A DNA stretch of 64,000 bases from Eledone cirrhosa (GCA_964016885.1 OZ024743.1:40920001-40984000), one strand, 5' to 3'; shown: positions 1 through 14,215, numbered from the stretch's first letter. Numbers and translations are program-made. Notes: generated by a model from the sequence alone, not told the origin.

Positions 1-222
1 ATTTTTTTATTTTTTTTGTTTTGACCTGTTTAGCCTGATTTGGTTTTTGGCTTGGGTGGTTAATGCCTTCTTGACTACCTTTTCAGTTTTGTATGGCTTC
101 TTAACACAATGTTTAGCTCTGGTTTTTAACTATTGAGCACTTTGCCAGTATCATTTCTGATTTTTTGCGTTTCGCTTCGCTTTTCCTTCCGCCCCAAATG
201 CGATTCTCGCTGAATCTTTATT

Positions 223-280
<58 letters not shown>

Positions 281-1759
281 CATACACACACACTCACACG
301 CACACACACACATACACACACACACACATTACACACATCACACACGCATACACACACACATACACACACATACATATATATATATTTATACATAGTGAGA
401 GAAAGGGGGGGGGGGGGTGAGAAAGCAAAGCGAGGCTTCACATTTGAATGTTTAAAATCGATTGTGGAAGACGTTAGTTAAAGATAGACAATTGCTTTAA
501 CATCTGCTGAATTAATACGGAGTTGTACTTACATTAATTAAGTATGGATTCACTGAATGATAATTTATTGACTTAAAACAACGAAATCTCTAAAGAAGTT
601 TTTTTTGTTTTGCTTATATTCAGGGAACATTATTACTGTTTGTAAGAAAACAACACTGGTTTAGTTCTTTTATGACAATTTCGACTGAGAATAAATTTGA
701 TGTAAAACTTTGCAGTCGCGACTATCAAACCAAATTATGTATACTTAGGTCAAATTCATTCAATGGGTTGTTCTTAAAGGTATATCAAACATCATGTTCC
801 AGCCTCCTTAGGATTACTTAGGGCTTAATCTAACGTGTCTTTTGTTAGTATGACATTGTTGGTTGATTTCAGAGTTATTCGGTTAGCTATGTCGAGTAAG
901 CACTACCAAACGTAAGAATCTCTGGCGTGGGTCTCCGTCGTACCGTGATATCTAATGACATATAATATGTTCATGTATTTATGGGCCATAACTCCCGATA
1001 CAGTAAATAGCAAGACTCGCTATTTGAATCATGGGTAGAGTCCATTTGTTTTCTAATGGCTGAGTATAATAGAACAACGCGAAGTAAAGTATCTTGCTGA
1101 AGGAGAGAACATCGTGCAATTAGCGCACAAAACTCTAAGCCATGCGCCTTCCCAAGCCAATGGAATAACTAACTATAATCATGTGAGTAAGAAAAAACCT
1201 TATACAGGAATTGTTAAACTGTCGAAGTTCTTTCTCGGAAGGAACAAAAGGCGGTTTAACTGTGTACTTAATAACATGAATTTTCTCTTACATTTTATTG
1301 ATAAAAAGAAAAACTTAATCCTGCCTCCTACTGGAAGACATCATGTGATATATTCGAAGATGTTTTCTGGAAGCATGCTCCATAATCTATAGTTTTTGTG
1401 TTGGTGGTATTGATCCAATGTCGGGTATGTAAGGAAAGAGAATAAGAGGGGAGTGTGAGAGGGAGAAAGTGAGAGAGAATGAGAATGAGAGAGAGAGAGA
1501 GAGAGGGGGAGAGAGACAGAAAGAGAGAGGAAGAGAGTGTCGGGTGCAAAAGAGAAAAAGATGTTTCTTTCCATTTCTGTGTGGAAATGTAGGTTTATTT
1601 GTGTATATGCGAGATGTGCATGTTTGGGAATTCTGAATCTCTGATTATTCCGCACTTTTGAATATACAGACACAAATACACTCGAACATATACAGACACA
1701 GGTATACATCCTCATGTATATATATATATATAATATATATAATCTCTATCTCTCTCTCT

Positions 1760-1913
<154 letters not shown>

Positions 1914-1918
1914 AACAA

Positions 1919-1957
<39 letters not shown>

Positions 1958-1958
<1 letters not shown>

Positions 1959-2330
1959 ACGAGGTTAAAAGGGCTGAGGTCAGACAACTTTCTCTCCAGC
2001 CAACAACTGATTCTTTTTTCAAATACTACTTTAGAAGAAGAATCAGGATGGAGAGAGAGGTGCTGTACCCCAGCAAGTTTTATGAAATGTGGGTTGAGGA
2101 AAAAGAGGAAGAGAGGAAAGGGGTACTCACTCTTCGTACTCCTGGAGATGAGGGTTGCACATTTTTTTCGTGGGCATGTGTTACCCATATGTAATGTCTC
2201 CCCTATTTGGGGAAAATCGATTAAATTTTAAATTGCATTTGTGATAGTATTTTACACGTTTTTATTGTATGTGAAACTTACCCCTTTGTATTGTCCCCTT
2301 CTTTTGTGCCCATGTGGCTAATAAAGAAAC
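1958..2330 (+). mobile_element. 3' fragment of an L1/Tx1-like LINE (ORF2 C-terminus + 3' UTR)
   Basis: Frameshifted [44 protein letters not shown] resembles Tx1-type ORF2 C-termini. Ends with AATAAA just before a (CT)n tract. Confidence 0.45.
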
Positions 2331-2331
2331 A

Positions 2332-2442
<111 letters not shown>

Positions 2443-3270
2443 GTTCAAAATAATTTTCCAAATGTACGAGAATGTGCGTCTCTTATGTGTGTGCAATTTC
2501 TTTTTATCTCAAAGCGGACTGCACGTATTTTATTAACACAATTGAAAAATGGCGACATTGGAATGGGGAATGAAATATGTTTGACAAAATTGACAATTAA
2601 ATTGATTATCAATTTGAAGTAGGTTTCTTGTCATTATTTCTTCAGTAGCTGGAGAGACATGCCACAGGTAATGTAATAACAATAAAATAAAAAATGATAT
2701 TAAAAACAACTTCAACAACAATGCTACCAAAAGCAACAATACGTACAGTAGGAGCAACAATAAAGACAATAACACGAACAATAAAGACAACACCAAATAC
2801 AACACAAATTAATAACAACACAAAAACAATAAAACTAACAGCCAGAAAGACATCAGCCCTCGTGATTATTGTGATTGTAAACTAACCCCCTAAATGTGGT
2901 CGTGATCAAAGAGCACGAGAAAATTATCTTGATCATTAAAAACGTGAGATAGGTTGTTTAAAAATATAAAAAAACGACATTCGGCATAAAAACATGTTTA
3001 GGAGACATTTATTGGGGAGATATATATCATGATATTTTAAAATGAAATAAAAATGAAATAAAAATCCCAGTAGTTCAGTACACAGACGACTGTATAATGA
3101 AACACATTTCATGGTTAAGTATAATACTGGATTAATGAGCGAGATTGTGCCTGTGGTGTCTATACTTGGCTGAATGCATATATGTATATATGTATATATA
3201 TAGTAATAATAATAAATGTGAAGACTAAAATCCTAAGAGAGGTCGATATTTTAATATATATATATATATA

Positions 3271-3680
3271 TGAATATAATCTGAGTTTTTCGAATATTAA
3301 TAATAATATTCGATTCGTTTGCAATTATGCAAACAAGCCTCATTTTTAAATCCATGTCAGTAGAGTGAGCTTCTCCTTCTTGCTCTTGTGTTGACATGTA
3401 AACTAATCGAATATTATTATTAATATTCTAAAAACTCAGATTACATTTATTGTATTCAGCCACGTAGACCGAATTTATATAAATACACATCGACATTATA
3501 ATAAATGTTCGGTGAATCCTTACGTACATATATATATATGTGTGCATGTATGTATATATATATATACATACTACTGTACGTCTGTATACATATATGTATG
3601 TACGTGTACATACTTATATTTAAGTAACAGCCGTACTAAGAGTGGGAAATGAAATTTCGTTTCATTTTTTCCGTTTATAT
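3271..3680. repeat. Dispersed repeat with a ~45-bp inverted repeat (3271-3316 / 3405-3450); the 3' part recurs at 29100-29290 (inverted) and 30640-30955
   Basis: aatataatctgagtttt..cgatt mirrors aatcg..aaaactcagattacatt. The end motif gccgtactaagagtg(g/a)gaaatgaaatttc is shared by all three sites, each bordered by (TA)n. Confidence 0.65.
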
Positions 3681-4340
3681 ATATATATATGTGAAAAATA
3701 TATATATATATGTATGAAAAAAAGGAAAATAATGACTTCACTTGTAGTTCTAAATAATTTGATTTAATTTTATAATATTACAATATTATGAGTTGGTAGA
3801 TCTAGTAAGTTCTTTGTTAACTTCGGTGGGAAGAATTTTGAAGATTCCTGGTTAACTTTCCTGGAGAACTATCTCGTATTCATCGATGGCGATTGTCAAT
3901 CTTGGCGATTGCCAATGTTGTGATGTGTGACTCTATAGACAAGAGATATTTGGATGTGTCTGAGGTGTGGGTGTGGTGTTAATGAGTGTGGGAGTGAAGG
4001 AGTGTTGATGAAGATTTAAATGAATCAAATCACACACACGCGGCGCGCGCGCACAGCCACATACACACACACACACAAACATACATACATATATACACAG
4101 AGGAAATGGTGATGGTTGACAGCAAGATAAGAGTGTTTAAGAAAGTTGTTGTAAAAGTCCACTCCTGCTGGTTCCATTTCAATAGATGACCTTTGATTAC
4201 ATTCATCAATGTTTTACCGGCAGATAATGTTACGTATCCCATATAATCTAATGTAGTTCTAGAGACGTCATTTTTAATATTCTAAACATGTCGCTGTTCA
4301 CCTCTCTGCCGATTTAACCAGAGTCACTTTATTCCGGTAA

Positions 4341-4805
4341 TAATAATTGTTTCTACTTTGGGCACAAGGCCAGCAAATACCCAGTACATTACTGGTACTT
4401 TATTTTATTCCTGTAATAATAATAATTGTTTCTACTTTTGGCGGTACACTACTGGTACTTTATTTTATCGACGCCATAAGGATGAAAGGCAAATTAAACC
4501 TCGACGGGATTTGAACTCAGACCGTAAAGGAACGTAACAATTCTAGAAAGCATGGCCTCCAACCCTCTACTGATACTGCCAATTCACCGCCCAGTAATAA
4601 TACAAATAATAATAATTGTTTCTACTCTAGGCACAAGGCCAGCAATTTGGTGCAGGGCAAAGTCGATTAAGTCGATTAAGTCGATTAAATCGTGAGGATG
4701 AAAGGCAAAACTAACCTCGGAGGGATTTGAACTGAGACCATAAAGAGCCGTAACAATACATACCAAAACTTGTCCGACGCCCAATCGAGCTGCCAATCCA
4801 CCACT
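4341..4805 (-). mobile_element. Cluster of tRNA-derived SINE copies (family S1): fragment plus two copies
   Basis: B-box-like gagttcaaatcccg, central gcctttcatcc..gtcgataaaataaagtacc and tail ggccttgtgcc..gtagaaacaattatt on the minus strand; same family as 6722-6912. Confidence 0.85.
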
Positions 4806-4832
4806 TTTGGATATATATAGATATAAGATATA

Positions 4833-4878
<46 letters not shown>

Positions 4879-5184
4879 ATACTATAGATCTTCGTCGCAG
4901 CAATTGCGTTTATACCAGTAAATTGGATCTTGTGTGGATGTTTCATGATTTCCAACATATTTGATATCAGTCCTGTGATGTCTATTATAGATATCATTGA
5001 AGCCAAATAAGGAATGATTAGGACAAGATAAAAGTTGAGGGCTTTTATTGAGCTTATGAAAGCAATATATGATTTTGAACAGATTATCTCCCCTTCACTA
5101 ACCTTAATGCTTCATTTATCCTTATACTTCGAATATGTCAGTGAAAGATATTTGGATAGAACAACTATACAAGATGGCTGTATT

Positions 5185-5281
<97 letters not shown>

Positions 5282-5370
5282 TATATATATATATTTATAT
5301 ATATTTATATATATATATATCATTATATATAGCTTTATATATCTTTATATATATTTATATATATATATCA

Positions 5371-5455
<85 letters not shown>

Positions 5456-6721
5456 GTGAAGGAAGAAATAAAGAAAGATGAATAGATAAATAGATAAATA
5501 GTAATCATGGAAATCATAGTGAAAGACAGAAATAATTCCATCATTTGGTGTTGGTGTTATTATTGTTGCTGTTCTTATAGTTTATTATGTTTTATTTAGT
5601 AACCCAATCTTTCAATGCTTGGTCGCTTCTTTCTATGGTTGATATCTTTGATGCCATACTATATAATATATAGGGGGACACTGAATCAACAAGTCAATGA
5701 TTATACAAGCTTCCGTATGATAAAATAAAGTGATTTATGAATCAATTCGCTGAATGTTTTCCTTATATTTAATCAACATATCTATTGTTTGTTTATATGT
5801 ATAGTTTAATTGATAGGCGGCGATTTGGCAGAATAGACCGTCGGATATTATCCTTTGCAACATTCATTCCGAATCTGTGCGTTGTGAGTTAATATCGCAC
5901 TCTAGGTCAACATGTCCGTTCATCCTTTAAAGATAGATAAATAAAGTCCCAGACCATTACTGGGAGCGATTTTTCCTCTATATCTCTTTCTTCCTTTCTC
6001 TCTATCACTCTCTCACGAAGAAAGCGTCTTCACTCAGACTTGGAGATTGTTGGGCTCGACCAAATTTGATTTGCAGTATGAGGCTCCTAGGACTCAAACA
6101 GGAGCTATATGTTAATACATAAAAATCAGAATCGCTCAAAACTGACTCCTGTAAGTTCATTGTTTTCTTTATTCGCTGTTTAATATATTTCTAGTAAGGA
6201 ATTTCATTAGACTGAATCCTATCACTGTTTCATTGCAGTTGAGCTGTGTATTTTTTTATTCTGCACTCATGGATTATATTTATACATCAAACATAATAAC
6301 ATTTTCCCATAAGAAAAGATTATGTTTAACATAATTTCGGCTTTAACGGACATTATTTTATACCGGGGCCATCTTTCTCTTTAACTTTATTTATTTCCTA
6401 TGGCATATTGATTCTACAGACACGTGTATAAACGGAATTCTCAGGGAGATTCAGTGGAAAACTGTGCAGGTCGGCTGACAGAAACGGTGCATCCGATGAT
6501 CATCTAGAGAGTTTCCACCTTCCACGTTTTGCTCACAAGAATTGAGCTGACCCAAGGCTCATGAAAAAATACTTTCCCAAGACCCCATGCAGTAGGATTG
6601 AATTCGAGACATAATGATTGAGGGGTGAACCTTTGAGCCGTTTGATTATCACTCATCCGTATCTGAAATTATATATATGAAAGGTGTGCCTTAATTTTAA
6701 ACAATGTGAAATATAATGTGA

Positions 6722-6912
6722 AATAATTGTTTCTACTTTAGGCACAAGGCCAGCAATTACCCAGTGCATTACTGGTACTTTATTTTATCGACCCCGTAAG
6801 GATGAAAGGCAAAGTCAACCTCGGCGGGATTTGAACTCAGATCGTAAAGGGACGTAACTATGCTGGAAAGCATGGCGTCCGACCCTCTACCGATACTGCC
6901 AATCCACCGCCC
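6722..6912 (-). mobile_element. Full-length SINE (family S1) with 17-nt target-site duplication
   Basis: Head ggcggtggattggcagtatcggtagag, B-box, central domain and tail present. atataatgtgaaataat is duplicated at 6711-6727 and 6917-6933. Confidence 0.9.
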
Positions 6913-7542
6913 TTATATATAATGTGAAATAATGTAAATATTTTCTCCTTATTAGACACAAAAGAAGGAGTTAATCTCGTATCCGTAATAGTGTGAACGT
7001 ATGGCTATCCTCAGAGGTAATATAATTTTTCGAAAACATAAACATAAATATTGATGTTTTTACAGTTCAGTGTTCCAGTGTTAATTATCCAGTCATAAAA
7101 TCATTAATTGCTAACTATAATGATATAAATCAGTACTTGACATTTTAATTCTCAATATCTGCCATGATTGGATAAAAAAAAAAAATAGGTTCGGATTTGC
7201 ATTATATTTAATATTAAAAACAACAGCAGTTTTACAACCACAACAGGCTGCGTTATCTGTAATATAGATCGATAGTTAAAATACTTCTAGTTATAAATGC
7301 CTGATAGAATTTTGTTTATTTGTTCACATTTACACAATTTAATATATTTTCTTTATTGATAATTTCGTTTTTTTTTTTTCATTTTTCATAGAAACTATTT
7401 ACGTGTATTTGATTTCTTAATAATAAAGTTAACAAAACCATAAAAGGAAAAAAAAGTTGAATTGTAGAAAGAAACCTTATCATTTTCAGATCGTTTGTAG
7501 GTCAAATAAATAAACATTTCATCGATAATTGTACAGTTCGAT

Positions 7543-8947
7543 ATTGAGTGTTGGAAAAACGTAATTACTCTAAATTGAAAGTCATTTATTTATCTCTACA
7601 ATGTAAACAACTACAAAATCATTATTTTCGTTCTTTGTATATCTAGCTATGATGTTTCTTTTGGTTAAAATCTGATGACTTTTCCGTGGCACTTCGGTCA
7701 AAGAGCTTCATTTTTCGCTCCCGTTATCACGAAAAAACAAATTTTTTGGAAATATTGTGTTAGAATGATTTTAGACTTCTTTCATGTTTTATCAAATTAT
7801 TCTGTATAATGCATTAGCTTGGACAAAATGTTCTCGTCGTTTTCCACATTTCATCGCCATTATTTGCTATTACCGTATGCCATCGTTTAGCAAGGCACAT
7901 GAATACCCCCTTGTAGAATTCGTCTGCCTTCGATGAAAACAATTTCATCAGCAATTAATTTGGCGATGTTGTCTGACTGCTTGCATTGCTCAATGACAGA
8001 AAAAGGTGATAGTCTGTAGGTGCGAGTTCGGGCATATATGGCGCGTAGAGCAAAACTTCACATCTTGAAAAAGCAGCTTCTAACGCGTCATCCTGGATCT
8101 ATGCGGCCGAACGTTTTCATGAAGGAATCTAACAGGACCATGGTGTGGGTGCACATGTGCGATTTCCGCCGCTAATCTTTCAGGTTTTTGGAAATAGATG
8201 TCAGAGGTTTTCCTGGTGTCCGGTGGTAGAAGCTCATAGAGGCTGACCCATTTTCAGTCCCACCAAACGTTCAGTTGGGCTTTGCAAGGGTGTGTGCCAG
8301 GTTTTCCTTGCCGTTGTGACGTACTCTCTTTATCACTCCACAAACGCTTGCACTTGACATTTATCTAGAGATTACATTTTCCATCTCCATTGACAATAGA
8401 ACGCAACGAGGTGGTTGTACGAGGGTGGTAGGGGAGGAGAGAATTCGCACCTGCTCTCCGACATTCAAGATTGTGGAGCACCCATTGCTCTAAATTGGAC
8501 ACCTTCTCTATTACATTCAAGTGTTTAAGGGTTGATTTTTTTCAATGTCCTAAGCACTTCGGTGAGTTGACGTGATGTCAGGCGTAAGTCCGTTTCCACC
8601 AGCTCACACAGTTGATCGTCATTGAAGTTAGATGGACGTCCTGCCATCTAGTCTGTAATCACCGGAACAGCAGCGTGTGACCCTGTCCCTGACACTGCGT
8701 TTAGACAAGGTGTGTGAACCGTACGAAATTGTAATGCGATTACTCGACGCTGCTGCACTTAGGGCAGATTTGAATTATATAAATTATAGAGCCACGAATA
8801 TAAGACTTGCATAGACCTATGTTTCATATGAGGCATAACGACATCATTTCTCGTCTATGTACGCATGCAAAACCTTCATAATTTCCAGAAACCTATATCA
8901 AATAATTTCTTGTTGAAACTCGACGGAAAATTCTCTCCAACCCAATA
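7543..8947 (-). mobile_element. Decayed mariner-family DNA transposon (transposase pseudogene)
   Basis: Minus-strand remnants GRPSNFNDDQLCELVETD (HTH region), VWWD, FLHENVRPH, PYMPELAPTDYHLFLSL (YSPDLAPSDYHLF motif), RWHTVIANNG, and a displaced VITG.EK piece near 7700-7830. TIR-like ttgggttggagagaa + TA at 8930-8947; possible degenerate partner near 7543. Confidence 0.8.
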
Positions 8948-10329
8948 TAACTTCTTTTATCCTACACATTCGTTTTATGTAAATTTATATATCCAGCCTC
9001 ACATGTTTTTTGAAATTATGTTTAAAATATTTATTGTATTCTGTATGCAAACCAATGTCACTATCAAAGAAATTATTATTATTACTATTATTATCATTTT
9101 TTAAAGAGCGATTGTATCGGTAGTATTATTAGGGTGACGGACAAGCTTTGCGACATATAGTTAGGGTTCTTTACGTTCTGAGATCAAAACAGTCGAAGTT
9201 AGCTTTGCTTTTCATCATTATTGGATTAATAAATTAAAACACTTACAATGCACTTTCTGCTTTCCCTTCTAATTGTTGGCTTTGTGCCAAAATTATCAAC
9301 AATGATTATTATCAATTTTGTTGTTTGGGCGGGGAATTGATGGAATTGTTAGAGCCACAGAAAAAATTGTTTGCATGTTTTATTCCGGCTTTTAACATCA
9401 TGATTTCAGATCTCTCCAACTTTGTTTTTTATACTTTCTGGATATATAAAGTATAGAATCAGTCAAATATTGGGTCGATGTAATCGACTTTCACTTCCCC
9501 TCAAAACTCCTGGTCGGGAGCTTCAGTTAGAAACTATTATTATTCTTTTTGTTTGTTTCTTAGTTGATAATCAACACAATATATCAGTAAGAAAGTACCC
9601 ATCAAACATAAGGATTCACAGATGTATCACTGTCACTCGGTTTAACACCATTACCTGACTCTTGGGTTATTTTAGTGGAGTCCATTTTACTGCATGTATT
9701 CAGATCAGGACACCTGTTCAGGGGCATCTTTTCCCCATTTTATCAACTGCCTCTAGACTGGTGCCCTAGTTAGCAACCGCTAAAGAATGAAAGGTAAAGT
9801 TAATACAGACATGCAAACACAAGGACACACATACATACACAGAGACATACACACACATACAAACATACACTCGCATTAGATTCTGGTTGCACTAGCAAAT
9901 GAATATTCCTCTGGGAGAATTTTCCATTCATAAGACTGTTTGGTAAATAATTATCACTGATGCTCAGTTGTAGATTTCCATTTTATAGAAGGAAATATAC
10001 ACCTGGTGTTCCTTTTCAAAATAAATTTTTAATTTAATATTAAATAGTCAGTTTCTGTTTGAATGCATCTATCATCACGATCAATTTGGAATCACTACAT
10101 GACTACGTGAAACTACACAAGGAATGACGTCTATCTCATTAGTCCAGGAAGGCCTGTTGAGTATATTTCTCAAAGAAGAAAACGGAAAAAAATCAAACAG
10201 GCAAAACTACGAATGTCTCCATTTGAAAAGAGAGACGAATAGGAACAATTAACTTGCTCGTATATATCAACAAACAAAATCAGTACAACCATGCATCGCA
10301 CACACATCATCTGATATTGTATTCAACAA

Positions 10330-10640
10330 ATAATTGTTTCTACTTTTGGCACAATGCCAGGAATGACCCGGTAAATTACTGGTACTTTATTTTATCGACC
10401 CCGTAAGAATGAAAGGAAAAGTTAACCTCGACGGGATTTGAACTGAGACCGTAAAGGGACGTACCTATAACAAATAATTGTTTCTGCTATTGGCACAAGG
10501 CTAGCAATTACCTAGTACATTACTGGTACTTTATTTTATCGACTCCGTAAGGATGAAAGCAAAGTTAACCTCGGCGGGATTTGAACTCCGAATGGCAAGA
10601 GCCGTAACTTTATGCGTCAAAGCATGACGTCCAAATGCCA
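10330..10640 (-). mobile_element. Two tandem SINE S1 copies
   Basis: Two successive tail/central/B-box blocks matching 6722-6912. Confidence 0.85.
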
Positions 10641-11016
10641 TCAATTAAGTCTCTTTCTGTCCTATCTCTCTCTCTTTCACACAAACACGCACACGCACGC
10701 ACACAAACATAAACTCACACGCATGCTCAGAGTTGTTAGAAGTCAGATAAGAGGTGTATTGTATTTCCTCTACCCTGGATTTCATTGAAATGTTGGAAAA
10801 ATGAAGTAAAAGTATTACGGTATCCGTGACCCACACTTTACAATTCGGCAATATCTAGAGCTTATCACACAAGCACGAGCACTCGCTGTCTAGCTTCCAT
10901 TTTTAACAGATTAAGGGTAAGTCGATAGTGCCGATAATCAGTAAAGTTGATGGCACTCCATACAGAAGTTTCTAGAAATGTGTTGGGGCTGGGTAGAAGG
11001 AATTGAATGCGTATGT

Positions 11017-11089
<73 letters not shown>

Positions 11090-11201
11090 TAAAGGGAATT
11101 CCAACTTTGTCTGATTTACTAGTTTTATTTACAATCCTTTAAATATTATAATGGTATTAGAATGAAATAGTATGGTAGAATATTAAAGGTTAAGTGTTAA
11201 T

Positions 11202-11240
11202 TGAACAAATACTTTCATGCTTTCGCAATCTTCAGGTTCA
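11202..11240 (-). ncRNA. Minimal type-I hammerhead ribozyme (left arm)
   Basis: Reverse complement: UGAAC CUGAAGA U-UGC-GAAA-GCA-U GAAA GUAU UU GUUCA; stem I UGAAC/GUUCA. Confidence 0.8.
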
Positions 11241-11319
11241 TATTGTGTGGTGACAGTCAAGTTTGCAATTTTCAACTGTGACAGTTGAAAATTGCAAACT
11301 TGACTGTCACCACACAATA

Positions 11320-11358
11320 TGAACCTGAAGATTGCGAAAGCATGAAAGTATTTGTTCA
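11320..11358 (+). ncRNA. Minimal type-I hammerhead ribozyme (right arm)
   Basis: tgaac ctgaaga ttgcgaaagcat gaaa gtat tt gttca. Confidence 0.8.
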
Positions 11359-11669
11359 ATTAACACTTAACCTTTAATATTCTACCATACTATTTCATTC
11401 TAATACCATTATAATATTTAAAGGATTGTAAATAAAACTAGTAAATCAGACAAAGTTGAAATTCCTTTTATTAATACAATCTTCTATACACACTCATAAA
11501 CACCCGTGTATCTATATATATATATATATATATTAGAAAGTGAGGTTTTTTTTACAAAATGAAAAATAACCGAGGTGTCCTACACGAGTGAAAGTATAAA
11601 GAAAAAAATATGAAATCGAAAATGCAACTGGAGTCTTATTTAAAAAAAAATATATATATATTTATTTGG

Positions 11670-11710
11670 TTCCTGTACCGGTTTCGCAGTACTTCTGCTT
11701 TTCAAAAGTA
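11670..11710 (-). ncRNA. Variant hammerhead (U3-A8 core UUGAAAA) in a PLE 3' repeat (11532-11720)
   Basis: Reverse complement: ctactt UUGAAAA GCAG-aagta-CUGC GAAA CCGG UA caggaa. The flanking ~180 bp matches 15290-15466, which lies downstream of a GIY-YIG ORF. Confidence 0.65.
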
Positions 11711-12497
11711 GAGTTGAGATGGAGGGTCTGTGGTTTTTCTCACATCTGCTTGGTCTCTGAATGTTACTTGTTTTATAGGGAAAAAGTGGCTCGATTGGTT
11801 GGTCAATAGTTATAATGAATTTCGCGCCAGTTCGCGTTACAAAGTTCTTCAAACAAGAGGGGGGGGGGGGTCACAGGTTGTTTTTTCATATATGAGTGTT
11901 TGAATTTCTTTTTACTTGAAAAAAGGGGCTCACGAAGGCTTTTTTGAAATTAGCGTAATTTGATTGGTTATAGATGCAATTATGGCTGCCACGTGAATAA
12001 GTTTTCATTAAAAATTCGCGCCCTTATTTGGAAATCCATTCTGTAGCCTTTTTAGAGAATTTTATGATAAGTAAAAGATAATGGTCAAGAGAAATGGAAT
12101 GGGAGAATTGTTCTGGTTCAGTGAATAAGGTTAGTTCGCTCACTTCAGATTTTTTATTGAATTCAGATTTTCTATTGAATAAAGAAAGTAAAGATATGTA
12201 TGTTTATTTGTGTGCTTGTGTGTGTGTGTATGTGCGTGTGTGTGTGTGTATTGGAATATGATTCTATTAGTAGAAATGGGGGAGAGAGGTGTGTGTGTGT
12301 GTATATGGGTGTTATGTGTATGTGGGTGGGAGTATGTTAAGCTGGAGAGAATATATATTTTGTGTGTGTGTGTATATATGTGTGTAGGAAAGTGATTAGT
12401 AGAATGGGGGAGGGAGTTGTGATGTGGGTGTGGGGTTTGTTATGTGTGTGTATGGGTGTTATGTGTTTGGGAGTATGGTTAGCATGTTAAGAGGAAG

Positions 12498-12617
<120 letters not shown>

Positions 12618-13067
12618 GAAAATGATTCCTTTAGTAGGAATATTTTTGAATGAACATATTTTCCTTACTTATTCGTATTTGTTCTGTTGTATTGTCAGTG
12701 CAAACGTATATATATATGGCACCCTTAACTCACAGTTGGGTGCGGATGCATTCATGTATATATGTGTGTGTCCGCATGTATCTGTGTGTTTCTAAATATA
12801 TTGTTAATAACTCCCTCTGGTCGAGCAATCTTTGAAGTGTGGGGACAACTGGAAAGCTTCCATTACTCATACTTCTAGCCTTCTTCACCACCTCTTCTGC
12901 GGCCTCGATATGAATACCCCCTCCGCCTCCGTGGTATTTTCTTCGTGGTTATAAGAGGCTTAGCTCTGTTTCTCGACCGTTATATCGCGTGACTATCTCC
13001 CCCTCCGCCTTTTGGGATTCTTTCTCACGTCGTGTAGACGCGTTCTTGAGACTAGTAAAATGAGGTA

Positions 13068-13157
13068 TCCTCTTGATAAGTCGGCAGACCTCGCAGGGAC
13101 TCTATATCTTTATGATATATTGTTTTTGTTTATGCCACGAAACTACGTAGTCGAGGA
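13068..13157 (+). ncRNA. Variant hammerhead (U3-A8 core UUGAUAA) with long stem II
   Basis: tcctc TTGATAA gtcggca...tgccac GAAA ctacgtag TC gagga; stem I UCCUC/GAGGA, palindromic stem III CUACGUAG, GUC cleavage triplet. Confidence 0.75.
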
Positions 13158-13226
13158 ATTTAGGAGCAGTTTAGGTATGATACATTTTATTACTAATTAT
13201 ATCTAAATGTTTCTTCTCTCTTCATA

Positions 13227-13266
<40 letters not shown>

Positions 13267-13311
13267 TAAAGGAAACGAAAGATCAGTGATGCATCTGGAC
13301 TTAATGTATTG

Positions 13312-13402
13312 CGTGTTACAATTGTTTCGCCGGGAGGTAGCTCGAAACATGGTCCTTGTATGGATCTGGCTGATTCTACTTCTGCAGGTTCTTTCAGACA
13401 CG
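13312..13402 (-). ncRNA. Hammerhead-like motif with long stem II and one extra core nucleotide
   Basis: Reverse complement: CGUGU CUGAAAGA ...(~60 nt)... C GAAA CAAUUG UA ACACG; palindromic CAAUUG stem III. Confidence 0.6.
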
Positions 13403-13937
13403 GGTATTTCGTTTGGAGCAAATTTTATCACTGGGGTGTTATCATTAAAAAACTCCTTCAAAACACCCTACATCCGCTCTTGTCATGCCATTGGCTGTTT
13501 TTACTCAACGTCAACACAAGTTCTGGTCAGTACTTACTGCCACACGGGTCATCAGCCATTTTCCGTCCGACACATTTCGATGGAGTCATGCTGGGTACAG
13601 TGTCTCACTCGTCTGTTCACACATCAGAGTAATCACCCACACATACTAATATACACACACATGCAGACACAGACATATTTATGCATACACACACGTACGC
13701 CTACATGCGCAGACATCCCCACCCCAACATACATACATATATGTATATATACACACACACTCTCTCCCTCACCCCCACGGAGCCAGTCACGCTTGTAGAT
13801 ACATATCGCCACAAGCCTTATAACGACTGCTTAATTCTCGCCTTGTATCCGGTGGGATAAGCATGGCCTACTCAAACATAACACATATATACATACATAC
13901 GCGCGCACACATACATACGCCCAAACTGATATACATT

Positions 13938-13968
<31 letters not shown>

Positions 13969-14053
13969 TCATATACACACATATATACATACACACATAC
14001 ATGCACATACATATACACACACATATGCATATATGTATATACATACATATACA

Positions 14054-14113
<60 letters not shown>

Positions 14114-14176
14114 CACACGCCTACACATACATACAAAATACACATACGTACACAACAATTCCATACACACGTACAT

Positions 14177-14215
<39 letters not shown>

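Larger units (their letters stand above)
11084..11476. repeat. Near-perfect 393-bp palindrome (centre 11280) flanked by (TA)n; PLE-type fold-back insert
   Basis: Arms are reverse complements around caactgt-G-acagttg. The right side carries an extra ~35-nt tail (11477-11511). Confidence 0.95.

Noticed and set aside
4130-5030. Faint Gypsy RT-like words (LDYMGY, SKLDL)
   Set aside because: Too short, on opposite strands, no supporting motifs.
6830-6912. tRNA-like A/B boxes
   Set aside because: SINE heads; no complete cloverleaf.
13286-13798. 170-aa ORF
   Set aside because: Runs antisense across an HHR and into a microsatellite; no recognisable domain.
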